Assembly: GCF_964355755.1 (NCBI RefSeq)
Contig: NC_092677.1
Coordinates: 12,112,101-12,176,100 of the forward strand
Length of the DNA: 64,000 nucleotides
DNA from: Antedon mediterranea
Lineage: Eukaryota > Animalia > Echinodermata
Reading direction: 5' to 3'
In this document: one piece after another, positions 12,901-27,900 of the stretch
Layout: every line of letters starts with the position of its first letter
How positions within the stretch are numbered: the stretch's first letter is position 1
Program-made: the position numbers and the translations under genes
The notes under the pieces: model-generated
Seen by the model: only the letters and a program-made list of their open reading frames with translations
Databases searched by the model: none
What the model was told of the DNA's origin: nothing

Positions 12901-15900
12901 TTGATATCGATTCTTAAACTTACTGAGTGTTTGGCATGTATTGCCTTCATATCCACTTGTACATTGGCATGTAAAACTTGCTCCTGACTGGCTACACACG
13001 CCAGCATTCTGACATGGGTTTGGGCTACAATGATCAACTAAAAAATAAAGAAAAAATACAATAAGAAAAATGCATTTGTGATAATGATGACTAGGAGATC
13101 AAATGATGGAGGAAATTGTAAAAAGGTACAAAGCTAAGGTGTTGTAATATGTTCTTTTCTTATAACTTTGAACATTATATTTTAATCCAGACCTAGGATT
13201 GTTTAACCTGGGAAGTGTTAACATTTATATTAATAGAATTTCTGAAATAGTTCAGAATTTCATTTTAACTGTCAAAAGAAGGACCATGCACCCCAAGCAT
13301 GACTCAAATCTGCCTCTGCTTACCTGCACAGCCATAGAGTTCCATTCTCAAAGTTGGCCATGTCCTATAATCATGTGTATAAATACGAATATACTGAGCA
13401 TTCACAGAAGAGGAAAATGAATTGGTAACTACAGTGTCTTCATTAGAATTTCCAGGAAATACCTCCTTGAATGCATACAAAAAAAATAAAAAACTAGAAT
13501 TTAATTCGTCACTTTGACGAATTATAGGTGATCATTTTTATCATTTTAATGAAATTAACACTTTTTAAACATGCATGTACGTTAACATACGATCATTAAA
13601 AAGTTGATGTACGCCATCCTATGACATGATGCATATACACTTATAGTGCTGTTGTACCTATTATGTTTCATATACAATATGTACAGTAAATACTGTATAT
13701 CTATATACAGTGTAGCATAGGTGAAATTACGGGACCCACATCTTGCTCTATTTTTTTTGGTATGATGGAATTATCAAAATAAACTCGAAGATGACAATTT
13801 CGAAAGATAATGAATTGAGCAAATAAATATAAGGATTGGAAGAGAATTTGACACGTAGAAGCGCAATGCGCGCTCTTTGAAATTTGTATAACTTCGACTA
13901 AAGAAATTAAAAAACTACTTTTTAACTTCAACTGGCCATATGATAACATCACAACATCCGATAGGCTTAATTTTGATATGAATTCATATCTACATTTCAT
14001 CAGCTTTCATAATAAATTATAATCTTCAAGGTCACCTTTAATTCTGAGGAGCTATAAGATATTCAAATGTATGGTGTAGCTGAAATTACACAACCTAGGT
14101 TATTCAAGTTTTTACGCGTGATGACGTCATCACAATAAAAATGTTGACAACTCACGAGAAAGATAATTAATTGAGCAAGCACATACTAAAATGTGTGCGA
14201 AAATCGGGCTCAAATAACGGAGATGCGCTCTATTGAATGTGATAACCCACACAAAAAAGATAAAAATTACTAATTTTTAAATTCAAGTGGCCATTTGATG
14301 ACGTCATACCATTTTGTACGTCTAATATGTATATATATTTATATCTACAACTTATTGGCTTCCATAATAAGTTAAAAAAATTGGGGGTCACCTGCCATTC
14401 TGAAGAGTTATATTCATTTTAAAAAGGCCTTATTTTTTACCATTTTTAGCACTTTTGTACAATTAATGTGCGCATTTTGTCATTTTTAACGTGCTCGTAT
14501 AGCGTTATTTTAAGTCGGAATGGACTCAAAGTCGGAGAATGTACTAAGGATTGTGAGTAGAATATGATGTATACATCAAATTTTATTTTTTACCCTTTTT
14601 AAAAATCGCGTGCGCGAAAATGTGTTTTTACGCAGTAATTTTTTGAAACACGCAAATGGCCTATTTCATGCTCTAAATTGATAAAAACTAAATTTTGAGC
14701 TTTTTAAAATTTCAACGCGCGATTTCACGCGCATGACCTTGAAACGCCAGAGTTTTTATTTGCTAATATTTTTTACCTTGACCTCAAGTTTACCTGTAGT
14801 GATTTTCATTAATATGTGATAATGAATTATGGAGATATGATTGATAATGTGATTTCACAAAATGGCGTATACGTGATGTCACGGATGAGTGATCACGCTG
14901 AAAAGCTTATTATGGCTAAGTTAAAGTACTTGAAAGACAATGTGAAATTTTGGTAATCATTGACATTAAACTTTTTGAGATATTTGTTACACAAATTTGT
15001 ACAGAGAGAAATAAATAATAAGAATAAGAAGAAGAATAAAGATTTCATACAATAACAATAGGTGATCATTTTATTCTAAATGATCACCTAATAAGTATTT
15101 GTTGTTAGGCGTGTTAAAGGCCCATAAAATCAGCTCCCACTGGCCAGGTCACAGTTTTGAAATTAATAATTAATTATTCATAGTAATAATATTTACTTTG
15201 CAAATACAACGCATAATCTTGCCAGGAGCAACAGGCATAGGTCAGAACAGATAAACTATAATATTAATCAAATAATGTATTATATAATAAAAGATTTAAA
15301 ACATTATGTAATATCTTTATTAAATTGTTATCTTTCAAGTTTAAAAAAATGATGCAGCCCCCCATGGATTGCCATGAGTACTATACATACTATTATTAAC
15401 TAAAGTAATACAAAAGACAAATATAAACTAGAATTTAATTCGTCACTTTGACGAATTATAGGTGATCATTTTTATCATTTTATTGACATTCATATTTTTT
15501 AAACATGCACGTATGTTAACATACAATCGGAAAATGTTGATGTATGTCATCCTATTATACGCTTATAGTGCTGAGTTGTGCCTATTATATGCCATATACA
15601 GTGTAGCATAGGTCAAATTACGGGACCCACATCATGTTCTAATTTTTTTGTATGATGACGTTGTCAAAATAAACTTGAAGATAACAATATCGAAAGATAA
15701 TGAATTGAGCAATAAAATATAACAATTGGAAGAAAATTTGGCACGTAGAAGCGCGGTGCGCGCTCTTTAAAATGTGTATAACTTTGACGAAAGAGATGAA
15801 AAAATGACTTTTTAACTTCAACTGGCCATATGATAACGTCACAACATCCGATAGGCTTCAGTTTTATATGAATACATATCTACATTTCACTAGCTCTCAT

Positions 15901-18900
15901 AATAAGTTATAAACATCAAGGTCAACTTTAATTCAGAAAAGCTGTAAGGTATTCAAATTTACCTTGTAGTTGAAATTACGTAACCACCGTTATTTAAATT
16001 TTAAGACGTGATGACGTTATCCAAATGAAAATCTTGGCAATTCATAAGTAACATAATTGGTTGAGGTAGAATGTATTAAAAATTAAAAGAAAATCGATCA
16101 CAGATAAGCGAGTTGCGCTCTGTTGAATATGGTGGTCTATGACAAAAGGGGAAAAACTCCTATTTTAAAAATTCATGTGGCCAAATGATGACGTCATACC
16201 ATTTTGTACGTCTAATGTGTATATACATTTATATCTACAACTCATTGGCTTCCATAATAAGTTAAAAAAAATTGGGGGTCACCAGCCATTCTGAAGAGTT
16301 ATATTCATTTTAAAAAGGCCTTATTTTTTACCATTTTTAGCACTTTTGTACAATTAATGTGCGCATTTTGTCATTTTTAACGTGCTCGTATAGCACTATT
16401 TTAAGTCAAAATGGACTCAAATTTGGTGAATGTACTATGGAAGATGAGTAGAACGCAATTTGTACAAAAAATTGATATTTTTTACGCTTTCTATGTACGC
16501 ACGCGCAAAAACGTGATTTTGCGCAGTAATTTTGTAAAACACGCAAATGGCCTAATTCATGCTCTAAATTGATCAAAACATAATTTTGAGCTTTTTAAAT
16601 TTTTAACGCGCTATTTCAGCGCATGACCCTACGTGCGCGTGCATTTTTATTTGCTAATATTTTTACCCTTGATCTGAAGTTTACGTATAGTGAATTTCAT
16701 AAATATGTGATAATTAATTATGGAGATATGATTGATAATGTGATTTCACAAAATGGCGTATAAATGACGTCACGGATGAGTGATCACGCTCAAAAGCTTA
16801 TTAGGACTAAGTTAAAGTATTTGAAAGACATTCTGAAATTTTGGTAATCATTGACATTAAACTTTTTGAGATATTTGTTACACAAAATCTGTACAGAAAG
16901 AAATTGCGAAGAAACATTTTTTTTTTACAAAAACAATTTCTCACTAGAATTTAATTCGTCACTTTGACGAATTATAGGTGATCATTTTTATCGCTTTACT
17001 GACATTAATATTTTTTAAACATGCACGTACGTTAACATACAATAGGAAAATGTTGATGTATACCATCCTGTTATACGCTTATAGTGCTGAGTTGTGCCTA
17101 CTGTATATGCCATATACAATATGTACAGTATATACTGTATATCTATATACAGTGTAGCATAGGTGAAATTACGGGACACACACCATGTTCTAATTTTTTG
17201 GTATGATGGAATTATCAAAATAAACTCAAAGATGACAATTTCGAAAGATAATAAATTGAGCAAATAAATATAAGAATTGGAAGAGAATCTGGCACGTAGA
17301 AGCGCTGTGCGCGCTCTTTGAAATTTGTATAACTTTGACGAAAAAGATGAAAAAACTACTTTTTAACTTCATCTGGTCATATGTTAACGTCACAACATCT
17401 GATAGGCTTGGTTTTTATATGAATTCATATCTACATTTCATCAGCTTTCATAATAAATTATAATCGTCAAGGTAACCTTCAATTCTGAAGAGCTGTAAGA
17501 TATTCAAATTTACGGCGAAGGTGAAATTACACGACCTACGTTATTCAAGTTTTTACGCGTGATGACGTAATCAAAATGAAAACACTGACAACTTATGAGA
17601 AAGATAAATAATTAAGCAAGCACACACTGAAATTTGTGCGAAAATCGGGCTCAAATAGCAGAGATGCGCTCTATTGAATGTGATAACCTACACAAAACGG
17701 AAAAAAATCCTAATTTTTAAATTTAAGTGGCCATTTGATGACGTAATACCATTTTGTACGTCTAATGTTTATATACATTTATATCTACAACTTATTGGCT
17801 TCCATATTAAGTTAAAAAAATTGGGGGTCACCTGCCATTCTGAAGAGTTATATTCATTTTAAAAAGGCCTTAATTTTTACAATTTTTTGCACTTTTGTGC
17901 AATTAATGTGCGCATTTGTCATGTTTAACGTGCTCGTACAGCGTTATTTTAAGTCGGAATGGACTCAAAATCGGAGAATGTACAAAGGATTGTGAGTAGA
18001 ATGTGATGTTTACATCAAATTTTATTTTTTACGCTTTTTACGAATTGCGTGCGCAAAAACGTGTTTTTGCGCAGTAATTTTTTAAAACACGCAAATGGCC
18101 TAATTCATGCTCTAAATTGATCAAAACATAATTTTGAGCTTTTTAAATTTTTAACGAGCGATTTCACGCGCATGACCCTACGTGCGCGTGCATTTTTATT
18201 TGCTAATATTTTTACCCTTGATCTGAAGTTTACGTATAGTGAATTTCATTAATATGTGATAATTAATTATGGAGATATGATTGATAATGTGATTTCACAA
18301 AATGGCGAATAGATGACGTCACGGATGAGTGATCACGCTGAAAACCTTATTAGGACTAAGTTAAAGTATTGGAAAGACATTCTGAAATGTTGGTAATCAT
18401 TGACATTAAACTTTTTGAGATATTTGTTACACAAAATCTGTACAGTAAGAAATTGCGAAGAAACATTTTTTTTTACAAAAACAATTTCTCACTAGAATTT
18501 AATTCGTCACTTTGACGAATTATAGGTGATCATTTTTATCATTTTAATGAAATTAATTTTTTTTAAACATGTACGTACGTTAACATACGATAGGAAAATG
18601 TTGATGTATGCCATCCTATTATACGCTTATATTGCTGAGTTATGCCTATTATATGCCATATACAATGTACAGTATATACTGTATATCTATATACAGTGTA
18701 GCATAGGTGAAATTATGGGACACACATCAAGTTCAAATTTTTTGGTATGATGGAATTATCAAAATAAACTCGAAGATGACAATTTCGAAAGATAATGAAT
18801 TGAGCAAATAAATATAAGGATTGGAAGAGAATTTGACACGTTGAAGCGCAATGCGCGCTCTTTGAAATTTGTATAACTTCGACTAAAGAAATTTAAAAAC

Positions 18901-21900
18901 TACTTTTTAACTTCAACTGGCCATATGATAACATCACAACATCCGATAGGCTTAATTTTTATATGAATTCATATCTACATTTCATCAGCTTTCATAATAA
19001 ATTATAATCTTCAAGGTCACCTTTAATTCTGAGGAGCTATAAGATATTCAAATGTATGGTGTAGCTGAAATTACACGACCTAAGTTATTCAAGTTTTTAC
19101 GCGTAATGACGTCATCAAAATAAAAATGTTGACAACTTATGAGAAAGATAATTAATTGAGCAAGCACATACTAAAATGTGTGCAAAAATTAATCTCAAAT
19201 AACGGAGATGCGCTCTATTGAATGTGATAACCCACACAAAAAGATAATAATTACTAATTTTTAAATTCAAGTGGCCATTTGATGACGTCATACCATTTTG
19301 TACGTCTAATATGTATATATATTTATATCTACAACTTATTGGCTTCCATAATAAGTTAAAACAATTGGGGGTCACCTGCCATTCTGAAGAGTTATATTCA
19401 TTTTAAAAAGGCCTTATTTTTTTACCATTTTTAGCACTTTTGTACATTTAATGTGCGCATTTTGTCATTTTTAACGTGCTCGTATAGCGTTATTTTAAGT
19501 CGGAATGGACTCAAAGTCGGAGAATGTACTAAGGATTGTGAGTAGAATATGATGTATACATCAAATTTTATTTTTTACCCTTTTTAAAAATTGCGTGCGC
19601 AAAAATGTGTTTTTGCGCAGTAATTTTTTGAAACACGCAAATGGCCTATTTCATGCTCTAAATTGATAAAAACTAAATTTTGAGCTTTTTAAAATTTCAA
19701 CGCGCGATTTCACGCGCATGACCTTGAAACGCCCGAGTTTTTATTTGCTTATATTTTTTATCTTGACCTCAAGTTTACGTGTAGTGATTTTCAATAATAT
19801 GTGATAATGAATTATGGAGATATGATTGATAATGTGATTTCACAAAATGGCGTATACGTGACGTCACGAATGAGTGATCACGCTGAAAAGCTTATTAGGA
19901 CTAAGTTAACGTATTTGAAAGACATTGTGAAATTTTGGTAATCATTAACATTAAACTTTTTGAGATATTTGTTACACAAAATCTGTACAGAGAGAAATAA
20001 ATAATAAGAATAAGAAGAATAAAGATTTCATACAATAACAATAGGTGATCATTTTATTCTAAATGATCACCTAACTAGAATTTAATTCGTCACTTTGACG
20101 AATTATAGGTGATCATTTTTATCGCTTTACTGACATTAATATTTTTTAAACATGCACGTACGTTAACATACAATAGGAAAATGTTGATGTATACCATCCC
20201 GATATACGCTTATAGTGCTGAGTTGTGCCTATTATGTGTCATATACAATATGTACAGTATATACTGTATATCTATATACAGTGTAGCATAGGTGAAATTA
20301 CGGGACCCACATCATGTTCAAATTTTTTGGTATGATGGAATTATCAAAATAAACTCAAAGATGACAATTTCGAAAGATAATGAATTGAGCAAATAAATAT
20401 AAGGATTGGAAGATAATTTGACACGTAGAAGCGCAATGCGCGCTCTTTGAAATTTGTATAACTTTGACTAAAGAAATTTAAAAACAACGTTTTAACTTCA
20501 ACTGGCCATATGATAACATCACAACATCCGATAGGCTTAATTTTTATATTAATTCATATCTACATTTCATCAGCTTTCATAATAAGTTATAATCTTCAAG
20601 GTCACCTTTAATTCTGAAGAGCTATAATATATTCAAATGTAAGGTGTAGCTGAAATTACACGACCTACGTTATTCAAGTTTTTACGCGTGATGATGTCAT
20701 CAAAATAAAAATATTGACAACTCCTGAGAAGGATAATTAATTGAGCAAGCACATCCTAAAATTTGTGCGCAAATCGGGCTCAAATAACGGAGATGGGCTC
20801 TGTTGAATGTGATAACCCACACAAAAACATAAAAATTACTAATTTTTAAATTCAAGTGGCCATTTGATGACGTCATACCATTTTGTACGTCTAATGTGTA
20901 TATACATTTATATCTACAACTTATTGGCTTCCATATTAAGTTAAAAAAATTAGGAGTCATCTTCCATTCTGAAGAGTTATATTCATTTTAAAAAGGCCTT
21001 AATTTTTACCATTTTTAGCACTTTTGTACAATTAATGTGCGCATTTTGTCATTTTTAACGTGCTCGTATAGCACTATTTTAAATCGAAATGGACTCACAT
21101 TTGGTGAATCTACCAAGGAAGATGAGTAGAATGCAATTTGTACAAAAAAAATTGTATTTTTTACGCTTTCTAAATACGCACGTGCAAAAACGTGTTTTTG
21201 CGCAGTAATTTTTTAAAACACGCAAATGGCCTATTTTATGCTCTAAATTGATCAAAACTTAATTTTGAGCTTTTTAAAATTTTAACGCGCGATTTCACGT
21301 GCATGACCTTGAAACACGTAAGTTTTTATTTTTAAATATTTTTACCCTTCACCTGAAGTTTACGTATAGTGAATTTTATTGATATGTGATAAAGAGTTAT
21401 GGAGATATGATTTATAGTGTGATTTCACAAAATCGCGTATACGTGACGTCACGGTTGAGTGATCACGCTGAAAAGCTTATTATGGCTAAGTTAAAGTATT
21501 TGAAAGACACTGTGAATTTTTTGTGATCATTGCCATTCAACTTTTTGAGATAATTGTTACACAAAAAGTGTACAGAAAGAATAAAAAAAAAAAAAAAAAT
21601 AATAATAATAAAGATTTCATACAATAACAATAGGTGATCATTTTATTCTAAATGATCACCTAATAAGTTAAACTGAAATATGAATTATAAACTTTGAGCT
21701 GAAAGTTAGGAACCAAAATGGCATAATGATTCTGGTAAAAGAACATTTCAATACCGCTAAGTCAAACTCTGGAATAATCTTTCACCAGATATTCGCAGCT
21801 CTATAAATTCATTAACTTTGCAATCGTTTAAAAATTTGATTTAACTGGTTTTTTTCTCTTGCTTCTTATGATATTGTAGTCTTTAAAAACGTTCTCATAA

Positions 21901-24900
21901 TTTTCTACTTTTATTGTTTATATTTGTAATTTGTAAGTGTTAACTGGACTTCAAGGAAGAACAATGTACAAATAATGAATGAATATCCAGAATAAAGAAA
22001 GATTTCTATCTATCTATCTAAGATAGATAACCTAAAGCATGACCTTCTCTAAACAGTGTAGACTTTTCGGATTATTACACACATATTATAGTAAAATCAT
22101 AATTATACGGATTTCTTTAAGGATAGAATTCTAATGAAAAGTAAAAGCATTAATTAGCAAGTTGCCTCAAAATGTGTTCCCTACTTTATGGTGTCTTTTA
22201 TTTTAAAGTAAAATGTTACAACCAAATGTTTTTTTGTAAATTTTATTGTTTTTTTGACTCTCTTGAAAATAAATTTTAAAAATTTCAACTTACTCCACCG
22301 CTTTGAGTAGTTATGGCAATAAAATTACCCGCATCGTTTCTGTATTTAACCTTGTACTCAGTCATTCTTTCATTCCATTTTCCTTGAGTTGCCACTCGAG
22401 TGACTTGCTTTATGCTACCAAGATCAACTTGAATCCATTGATTTGTATTTGTGGTTCCAGCTGACCAAGCGGAACTACCATGAAGTCTTCCTTCAGAAGC
22501 TCTATAACTACCATAGTTACTTGACGACGTCATTTGACTATCGGTAATTGTACCATCCGCAATTCCAAGATTGTTGCTGCAGGATGCTGTAGGTAGAAAT
22601 TAAAAAAGTTATGATAAACTTAAGCATCACACCTGTTCTGGTCTGGCTCGTTTTCACAACGCGCGCTCCATGTGACTCTGCGCCAAATTCCTTACTTGAT
22701 ATATTTAAAATGCTTTATAATTCTAAACAAAGTCTATTTACCAGAGAAGTTGACAAACGAAATGAGGCCTAGAATTAAGGCAATCTGAAAAAAAAAGAAG
22801 AAATCCAAATAATTGTTGATATTATTAAAATTTTAACGAATCAGGAAAGTAAGTCAAGATGGATTAAACATCAAGACTCAACTCAGAAAAGCATAACATT
22901 GAAAATGCTGTGGGTAAAATACTGGGAGAAACATAATTTGTTATTAATTAAAGTAAAAAAAGAAATCCAAAAAAATTGTGTTCACAATTATTAAAATGGT
23001 AATGAATCAGGAAAGTAAAGTAAAGATGGATTAAACATCACCACTCAGATAATATTAGCATAACATTGAAAATGCTGTGGGTAAAATACTGATCTCAATG
23101 GAGAAATATAATTTGTTATTAATTAAAGTAAAAAAAGAAATCCAAAACATTTGTGTTCACTATTAATAAAATGTTAACGAATCAGAAAAGTAAGTAAAAA
23201 TGGATTAAACATCACCATGCAGATAAATAAGCATAACATTTAGAATGCTGTGGGTAAAATACTGGGAGAAACTTAATTTGTTATTAATTAAAGTAAAATA
23301 TGTTAAAGTAAAAAATGTTAACGTTAAATGTATTTCCCTAAAAAAAAATGTATTTAGAATCATGATTACATTAGAAAATCTTATTCCAAATATATACTTT
23401 TTTTAATCTTTAGTTAAATTCACTTAAAGCCTGCCACTTACAGAATGGTACTGGTACTGGTTCAAATAACCGTCTCACAGAGACATCTGGTAGCCATTGA
23501 CTTGAAGTTGGCATTTGGATGTGTTACTTGGATGGAATATTTTAAAAACACAAGACAACAAGAACAATTTAACTCTTAAGTTAGTAATAGTTTTTTTTTA
23601 GGATCTATAAAATTTGCTTACCATTTTATAACCGTCATACACAAACATTGTACTTCTTGAACAATATTTTGACAAACTAAACTGCCAAGACCAATAACAT
23701 GTAGCAACAGTCAATATTCTCAACAATAGCAAATTCAATTTAATATGTTGCTATGCAAGTTAAGACCAATAATCATTGAAGCAAAATCCAACAACTATTA
23801 TCATTGGAACCGCATGAAAACTATAACTATTGATCACATACTTTTGACAGCTTTCGATGTCTGTTATTAACAAAAAAAACATGTTTTGAAATCTATTGAT
23901 TGTTATAGTTGGTCGATTTTCTTCCTGTGTATTTTTTCCGGTGTGTTTGCATCACTAAGTTTTATGTATTAATTCAACCTACATATTGATTGCTTATAAT
24001 TGATCTTCAGTAATATTAACTCCTTTTTATGACTTTGCTGTTTTTCCTAACAAAATGTGCAATCTTGAGTAAATGTAACAGAAAACTGCCATTAACTCTA
24101 ATACAGAGATTAGATTTTATGCATGTGCAAAATAAAGCAAATTACAATGAATAATTTCTGAATAGATAGATTTTTTCCTATTTCAAATTTTAAAATATTG
24201 ATTCTCACGTGAGGAAAATTGGTCTTCTGAAAGGCAGCTGGTGTCGAAATGGATGGAGTTGAATGATTGTCTGTTTTATTTGAATGAGGCATATAGTCAA
24301 TATAAATATAACAATCATCTTAAATTGATATTCCATTATTCTGCTTCCACCTTCAATCAAATATCGAAGACTAAACCTTGTAAACAGACTGCTTTTTATT
24401 ACATGTTTATATTTGTGTATTTCTTAACTATGAGCTCAATTCAATTTACCTTTGGATAAATAAATTGGTCATTTTCAGTCTTTCCAAGGGTAGGTGACTG
24501 AATAATTTAGACATTTGTTCTATATTCATTAATACAAATGAAAGATACATACCCATTGTATTAATATATATTCTTGTGCTTGGTAACAGTTTTCTTCTCT
24601 AGATGCCATCACAAGTCTGCAAAAAAAAGTAAACCACACCTTCCCCACATCCCATCCCTTTGCTACCACCACCCCCCCCCTCCCCTTAATACAAGTAAAT
24701 TAGCCCTCTCCCTCCCACTAAAATATCTATGTTCAAGACTCATTTATTTTGTATTATAGTCTATTGGTTTAACTAACCTAAAATCTATGAATTCCAAATA
24801 ACAACATTTTTAATCATTATTATACCTAATTGGTGCTTCAATATTTTCCTGTGAAGATAAAAATGATACAAAAAGATAAAAATATAACACTAATTAGCAT

Positions 24901-27900
24901 AAAAATGGTTAGAAAACAATGAATTTGGAACCAAACCTGAAACTGTCATTACATTATTGTAATAACAAATGTTTACAAAACAACTGAAAAGAAAACAATG
25001 TTATACAATTAACATAAAGTAATATTAACAATTCAAATATTTGATATCACATAAAAATGTTTAATAGTCTGAACAATATACAGTATGTGTATGTAACAAA
25101 TCAACATACAATGTATAAATAATATTAAACTAAAACATCCCTTTCTGACAGGAAAAACAAGATGTTAAATAAACATGTAAACAAAACTACTTTTATGAAA
25201 ATATCAATAATATAAACTTGTATCATCAAAGTGATATTTATAAAAAGTAAATGAGAATAAAAATAACCAAAGCTGTGAATGGAAATAAATATGTTATAAG
25301 CGACACAAAATAGGTTATTAAACATACAAAAGCTTCCACATATTCAATGAAATAAACAGAAAAGACACATAAAAATTCAATGAAATTAAATGTGAGGAGC
25401 GGGAAGAGGGGTTGACCGACATATAACATGTATAATATTTACATAAATACAAATAAATTTACAATTAAGATTGCAAAAGCATACATCATATTATATTTAA
25501 TCAATTTCTCTACAATAAATATTTTCATTATTTTTTTTTAATGGATTTTTAAAGAAAAGAGAATTATATTACCACAATGTTGATCCAATGTATTGTTCAT
25601 TTCACCAGTAGCTGTTAGCAAAATATAATCAAGTGAAGGTGATAAATATTTTATGCGATTCCTAAAAAAACATTACAAGATACACATACATAAAACAAAG
25701 CTAACTGTGAAATATTAGCATCCAATCTTTAAAATGAGAAAAAATAAGGTGCTGTAGCAGGCCATATAAAACTGTTTAGCTTTTTTGTTATTCATTTTCT
25801 TTTAAAATTTAATTTTAGGAATCATGGCACAATTATACTATTACAGTTGATAAGTACATAATGTAGTTACTGCTGTTGAATAATATTAACATGTTCCCTT
25901 AAGCTTTATGGTCCAAAGGGCCCGAAGAGGGTAGGTAGGTAGGTAGGTAGGTTCCCTTAAGGCCAACTCAGACAGCATAATAGGAGATCCAACGTCTTGA
26001 CTCATCAGTGCTGTTGAATCCCAACTAGATGAGTTGTCTTGAGTTAGCGTGTTTACTTTTCTCCTGATAAGAAGTTTTGTTGGGCCTCATCGTACGACGC
26101 TGTCTGAGTTGGCCTTAATTGATATGAATTACTACAAACCTGGGCATCCTAGAATTTCGATCCTCATGCTTTTTCTTGATTGGGCGACCAATGGATGTAT
26201 ACGTATAAATGTAGCATAAACATGATAAGGAAACATATTTCTGACTGGTGTTGTCATATCCGAATTACCAGTAAACACCTACAAATTAAATAATTAAAAA
26301 TAAGTACTTAGATTTTTATTTAAGTATTTAGATGTAATGTTTCTATAACATTACAGCTGTAATATTGAAAATGTTAAAAACAAGCCTTTACCTCTCCCCA
26401 TTAAATTTTGAATTCTATAAAAAGCTAAAATCTTCCTTTCTTCCTTGAAAAACTATTTCTTTGAAACTGTAACAGAAATAAAAACATCACTTACCATTAT
26501 TTCACAACTTGAAGTGTGCATAATTTTTTGAAAGGCGATATCATCAAGACTGTAAGAAACTTGATAAGATTTAACCCATTGTGAATTTTGTGGGCGTCCT
26601 TGCGTGATAACTCCAGTTACTTCTTTCAAAGCACCAAGATGTACCTGTAACCACGGATAATCATCTGTGTTGCTGGCAATCCAAGCTCCGCTGCCCATAT
26701 TACGGTTGAGTCGACCATGATAAGCATTCGTTTTCCAAGAAGCTCCTGTACTTGATGAAGTCATTTGATCATTAGGAATCGTCCCATCTTCAACTCCAAG
26801 TGGGTTGATGCAAGAACCTAAAATTAAAATTAATTTGTTCAAAGTATATTTTTTTGTTTTAAATTAATGAATTATTAACAAGATTGTGTAACGGAACATA
26901 ATATCCCTATGAATTGAATCATTTTGAATTTCAAGCAAAAAATACAATTATAGACATAGTTAAGAATAATTATAATGTACTAAATGAGCTATGTCACACA
27001 TTTCATTTTCAGTTATTTATTTTGTATTTTCATACGCATCCAACAGCGCGTAACTCGCTAATTACAGGATGAATAAACTATATTATAATTTATCAGGCTA
27101 AAAACTAAGTCTCATTTGAGGCTGAGGGAGTGGAATTGAAAGAGTCATGAGTTACAACTCTTTCACCAGGTCAGGATTAAACCCTGGACCTTGGGATTGA
27201 AAGGCAAGGCTCCACTACTTTTTAAATAAACATAAAAAATGCATAAAAGTTCAAAGAAATGAAATGTGAGGAGCGGGAAGAGACTGACATATAACATGTA
27301 TAACCTTCACATAAATACAAACAAATTTACCTTTAAGAATTAAATCATACATCATACCTATCTATCTATACAATAAATAAGTTTTTTTTCCATTGATTTA
27401 AAAAAAAAAGAGAATTATATTACCACAAAGTTGATCCAATGTATTGTTCTTTTCACCAATAGCTGTTACCAAAATAAAATCAAGGTGATGATAAATATTT
27501 TATGCCATTTGTAACAAAGAAAAATTGCAACTACAGTACCATCATTGTGCAAAGTGCTTAAAATAATCTATGAAAACTACAGTATCATTCAATATATTGA
27601 TGAGAACATTACAAACTACAAAAAACAAACATAAAACAAAAATGTTTTTGTGGAGAGACGAATGAGCGCCGTTTGGTCGGGAAGCACTCGACACAAAGGG
27701 ACTCTTAGGGAAGAAGAAAGTTATCATGTGTGTGTACAGTTCAGCTCAGTAGGATGCAAGTCGCAGGTTATTCGCCCACATTCACTGCAATAGTAGCCTC
27801 CAATCATTAAAATGGAACCAAAAAAATGGCACGAAATAAACTCATTAGAAGGCAAGGAAACAATTGGATGGGTTATTATAACAAAATTAATGTTGATGAG

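Noticed and set aside
12309-13037. 242-aa repetitive ORF
   Set aside because: Off-frame read through 204-bp EGF exon+intron repeats; the real coding frame is the spliced EGF frame.
13701-20960. Recurring 60-99 aa ORFs; possible CRISPR-like periodicity
   Set aside because: They lie in Helentron-like units with inconsistent frames. There are no unique spacers and the context is eukaryotic.
23440-24850. Exon-like segments (24826-24848, ~23621-23750, ~23442-23515) suggesting a gene boundary
   Set aside because: Splice-like signals exist but phases give stops or lack a start, and exon 26140 can splice in phase directly to 22586. Unresolved without RNA data.
25995-26015. Other CTGATGA motifs (here, ~37105, ~57070, ~58000) as hammerheads
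   Set aside because: No correctly placed stem II plus GAAA plus UH.
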